64,000 nt of DNA from an uncultured bacterium (GTDB lineage: Bacteria; Hydrothermota; UBA3073; NMUJ01; CBEVQO01): the NCBI GenBank assembly GCA_965552055.1, contig CBEVQO010000001.1, positions 160,001 through 224,000 of the forward strand, read 5' to 3'. Shown piece by piece: positions 63,001-64,000 of this stretch. The position numbers and the translations under genes were made by a program. How positions within the stretch are numbered: position 1 is the first letter of the stretch; each line of letters starts with the position of its first letter. A model generated the notes under the pieces. It had not been told where the DNA came from. It saw nothing but the letters and a program-made list of their open reading frames with translations, and did no database searches.

Positions 63001-63823
63001 TTACTACCATTGGAACGAAGAAATAATTTCTCGTTATCATTAATAGAGTAATATCGGGGAAAAGGGAAACAAATGTTTCGTTAAAACCCCAATTTGTAAT
63101 GTCTCCAGCTGTAATTTTCTCCTTATCAATTGGAGTAACTTCGCGTAATCTATCAAATATATCCACCACAATTGGGGCAACGCATAATCTCTTACTTACT
63201 TCTTGTTTTTCCTCCTCATCGTCCTCTATAATGTTAATCCCTATATTGTCAGCTAGAAATTTTCCTAAAATCTCTGCTGTATCGAATGTTATTTGCATAT
63301 CAGATGCAACTTCAGTATTTGGATAAGCTTTGCAATAATAAAAATCTGTAATCCATCCGATGTTATCAAGCATTTTGTTGGACAAAGCTGATATAGCAGG
63401 GAGTGAAGGATTCCCTACACACGCATACTCACACAGCCAAGGTCTTATCAAAATATCTAAATACCTGTCTTGTAAAATATGAGTTAAATATCCACAGGAA
63501 AAACATAGTTTCATTAAATTTTCCTGAGAAGGAGAATTTTCGCAAGCATCCCATGCAGATTTAATTAATGCCAATGCTCTAGGTCTTTCATGTAATGTAT
63601 TATGAACTTCTTCATCGTCATGATATAAATCAGGAGCAATGCAACCTAATAAGAAACTCTGTTTATAGACATCATTATTTAATGCCACATTTAATTTCTT
63701 TTCAAGTGTATCTTTAAAGCTTTCCCAAATCATTTTTCCATGCCCAATATGCGTTACGAAGCCGTATCCAAATAAAGTTTTATGAAAGAACAAACCCATT
63801 ATCAAAAAGAAAAACCTTTTCAT
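60080..63823 (-). CDS. 1247-aa C-terminally truncated paralog of the giant protein with a different Zn-PLC-like head (orphan cassette or pseudogene)
   Basis: YGFVTH/GCIAPD/GYLTHILQD head; ILEI-like domain; matches the giant protein up to DLYVL, then NFFLTLR-stop. Confidence 0.85.
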   Translation of the reverse strand: MKRFFFLIMGLFFHKTLFGYGFVTHIGHGKMIWESFKDTLEKKLNVALNNDVYKQSFLLGCIAPDLYHDDEEVHNTLHERPRALALIKSAWDACENSPSQENLMKLCFSCGYLTHILQDRYLDILIRPWLCEYACVGNPSLPAISALSNKMLDNIGWITDFYYCKAYPNTEVASDMQITFDTAEILGKFLADNIGINIIEDDEEEKQEVSKRLCVAPIVVDIFDRLREVTPIDKEKITAGDITNWGFNETFVSLFPDITLLMITRNYFFVPMVVMKLAPTLKQILGAYNHFKEKEYCELYFHNLDEDLKRFLLSFTAGVIKRYSEGVLEYYFGDNPRKHILTISVDFPAEEWGIILMEVGYWLTFIGVVSQNALLSFIGLAFAGVGTALRLLGSIHYSCKIWADYTLPGIVCTTKTKEVIEPIIPAFGYETVTYFEVDTVEIPLGVFENIVILSFLKPRTNFEKYFKNNPEFHKFGGNDLLNPYSNLFKGFWENTLPINANTQKEFILRCLSDAINYCETGNISNKWLNENYWSENQKIYDIAIKKSMLKILKGSFRIDHKVLTIPTFYESNICTLEVYSPYWTLPDEEGTLKVKIMGDKPYSSWREDSVVKDTSIAMNLSSISMKSLIENNQGKRIKIPVSFEIDTQYYGYHIAVCWNSDKLFFTTDLEPVRTKAIERVFFRGRYYTREHMDTLYTTYDDVVHSFRNIDLNRGRKLPLGSAAYPHAIESAGSKDGNYIKFLAAGNVINFEDKPGIWVVVIRNGTPVDTERFHTYKNPPGGIDPIEEAKCLYNYLKSLSTGDTVLIGICGDGVGGLKSEDPDARNIRKKLGNLLSSDCLMPIAEGEIRIKLNDSWSYLGVRTNSGFKKIYEQRRHWGEGVAIALPTTPPDYEPPEIVIIEPEPNFATNKDTVKIKFKGVDRSGVKCCSLWVITPDTDTIFICGKDTNMIEVSFPFYKMKIETIETDGDYEPLATDFIIDTIYLPLPEGRYIILAKLVDKVRVKNSEKYDWFFYRDTTPPVVEVYQPDSTLWSWKAHPALNIIFKPSDNLENMLFVPKSVWFEVYDSLRDTVVHDTIKFCYFESIRRYGYVDTLSGGKYIVKVFVKDKAGNVSSDTGYFIVDTKPPQIEITQTFTPLIFTSKDTAIIMKYLTDEWTEMEVTFTDYVSGYTEKRYYTGEKEDTNIIYWGKNWFGEYLPDGLYKAKIIARDKAGNEAIVPEPLGGETLRVDRTAPEIVDLYVLNFFLTLR
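60231..61119. repeat. 889-bp direct repeat, copy 2
   Basis: See copy 1. Confidence 0.9.
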
Positions 63824-63824
63824 T

Positions 63825-64000
63825 TTACCCTCCTATTTTACATATCTTTTTCTTAAAGAGTTTCTCTCCTCTTTTTACTATCAAAAAATATATTCCCTCC
63901 GATAATCCGGAGAAATTTATTCGAAAATTCTGCCTCCCTGTGCCTACCAGCTGAAATATCTTCTTCATTCTCAGTCTCCCCATTACATCATAAAGTTTTA
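63825..64000 (-). CDS. 3' end of a paralog of the 58759..60062 gene (partial)
   Basis: YDVMGRLRMKKIFQLVGTGRQNFRINFSGLSEGIYFLIVKRGEKLFKKKICKIGG-stop; same 1-nt gap to the next ATG. Confidence 0.88.
   Translation of the reverse strand, partial: KLYDVMGRLRMKKIFQLVGTGRQNFRINFSGLSEGIYFLIVKRGEKLFKKKICKIGG

Noticed and set aside
1..64000. CRISPR array, rRNA, IS/transposase, integrase or prophage
   Set aside because: No repeat-spacer periodicity or recognisable genes of these kinds were seen

Overview
AT-rich, densely packed chromosomal window from a diderm bacterium. The redox-defence genes (desulfoferrodoxin, rubrerythrin) point to an anaerobe. K/E-rich proteins, archaeal-like accessory genes, a PorV-family gene and YPNP-type C-terminal domains suggest a thermophile related to the FCB group, such as candidate phylum WOR-3; this is inference only. 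The first 22 kb holds housekeeping and envelope genes (pncB, metK, rocD, wzm/wzt, recA, priA, guaD, plsY, der, recX), a restriction-modification pair, a small island of decayed genes and a PerR-type oxidative-stress operon. About 22.7-39.4 kb holds the tRNA-rpmG-secE-nusG-rplKAJL-rpoBC-rpsL-(inserted gene)-rpsG-fusA-tuf-rpsJ-rplC cluster. About 39.9-45.9 kb holds murA, ispG, an ATPase plus TOPRIM-like pair, panD, a shortened glmU and rsfS. The last 18 kb is a tandem array of secreted-protein genes. Two signals stand out. (1) Nine clear intergenic sigma70-type promoters read TTGAC(A/C/T)-N15-TANNNT instead of the usual 17-bp spacer, and seven are followed 4-6 nt later by a start codon, suggesting leaderless mRNA. 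(2) A duplicated two-gene unit pairs a 3970-aa secreted protein with a truncated 1247-aa paralog. Their N-terminal Zn-phospholipase-C-like heads are highly divergent, but they share an apparently identical 889-bp arm, which looks like an orphan-cassette system for swapping N-termini. All calls come from reading the sequence and recognising motifs; no searches were run.
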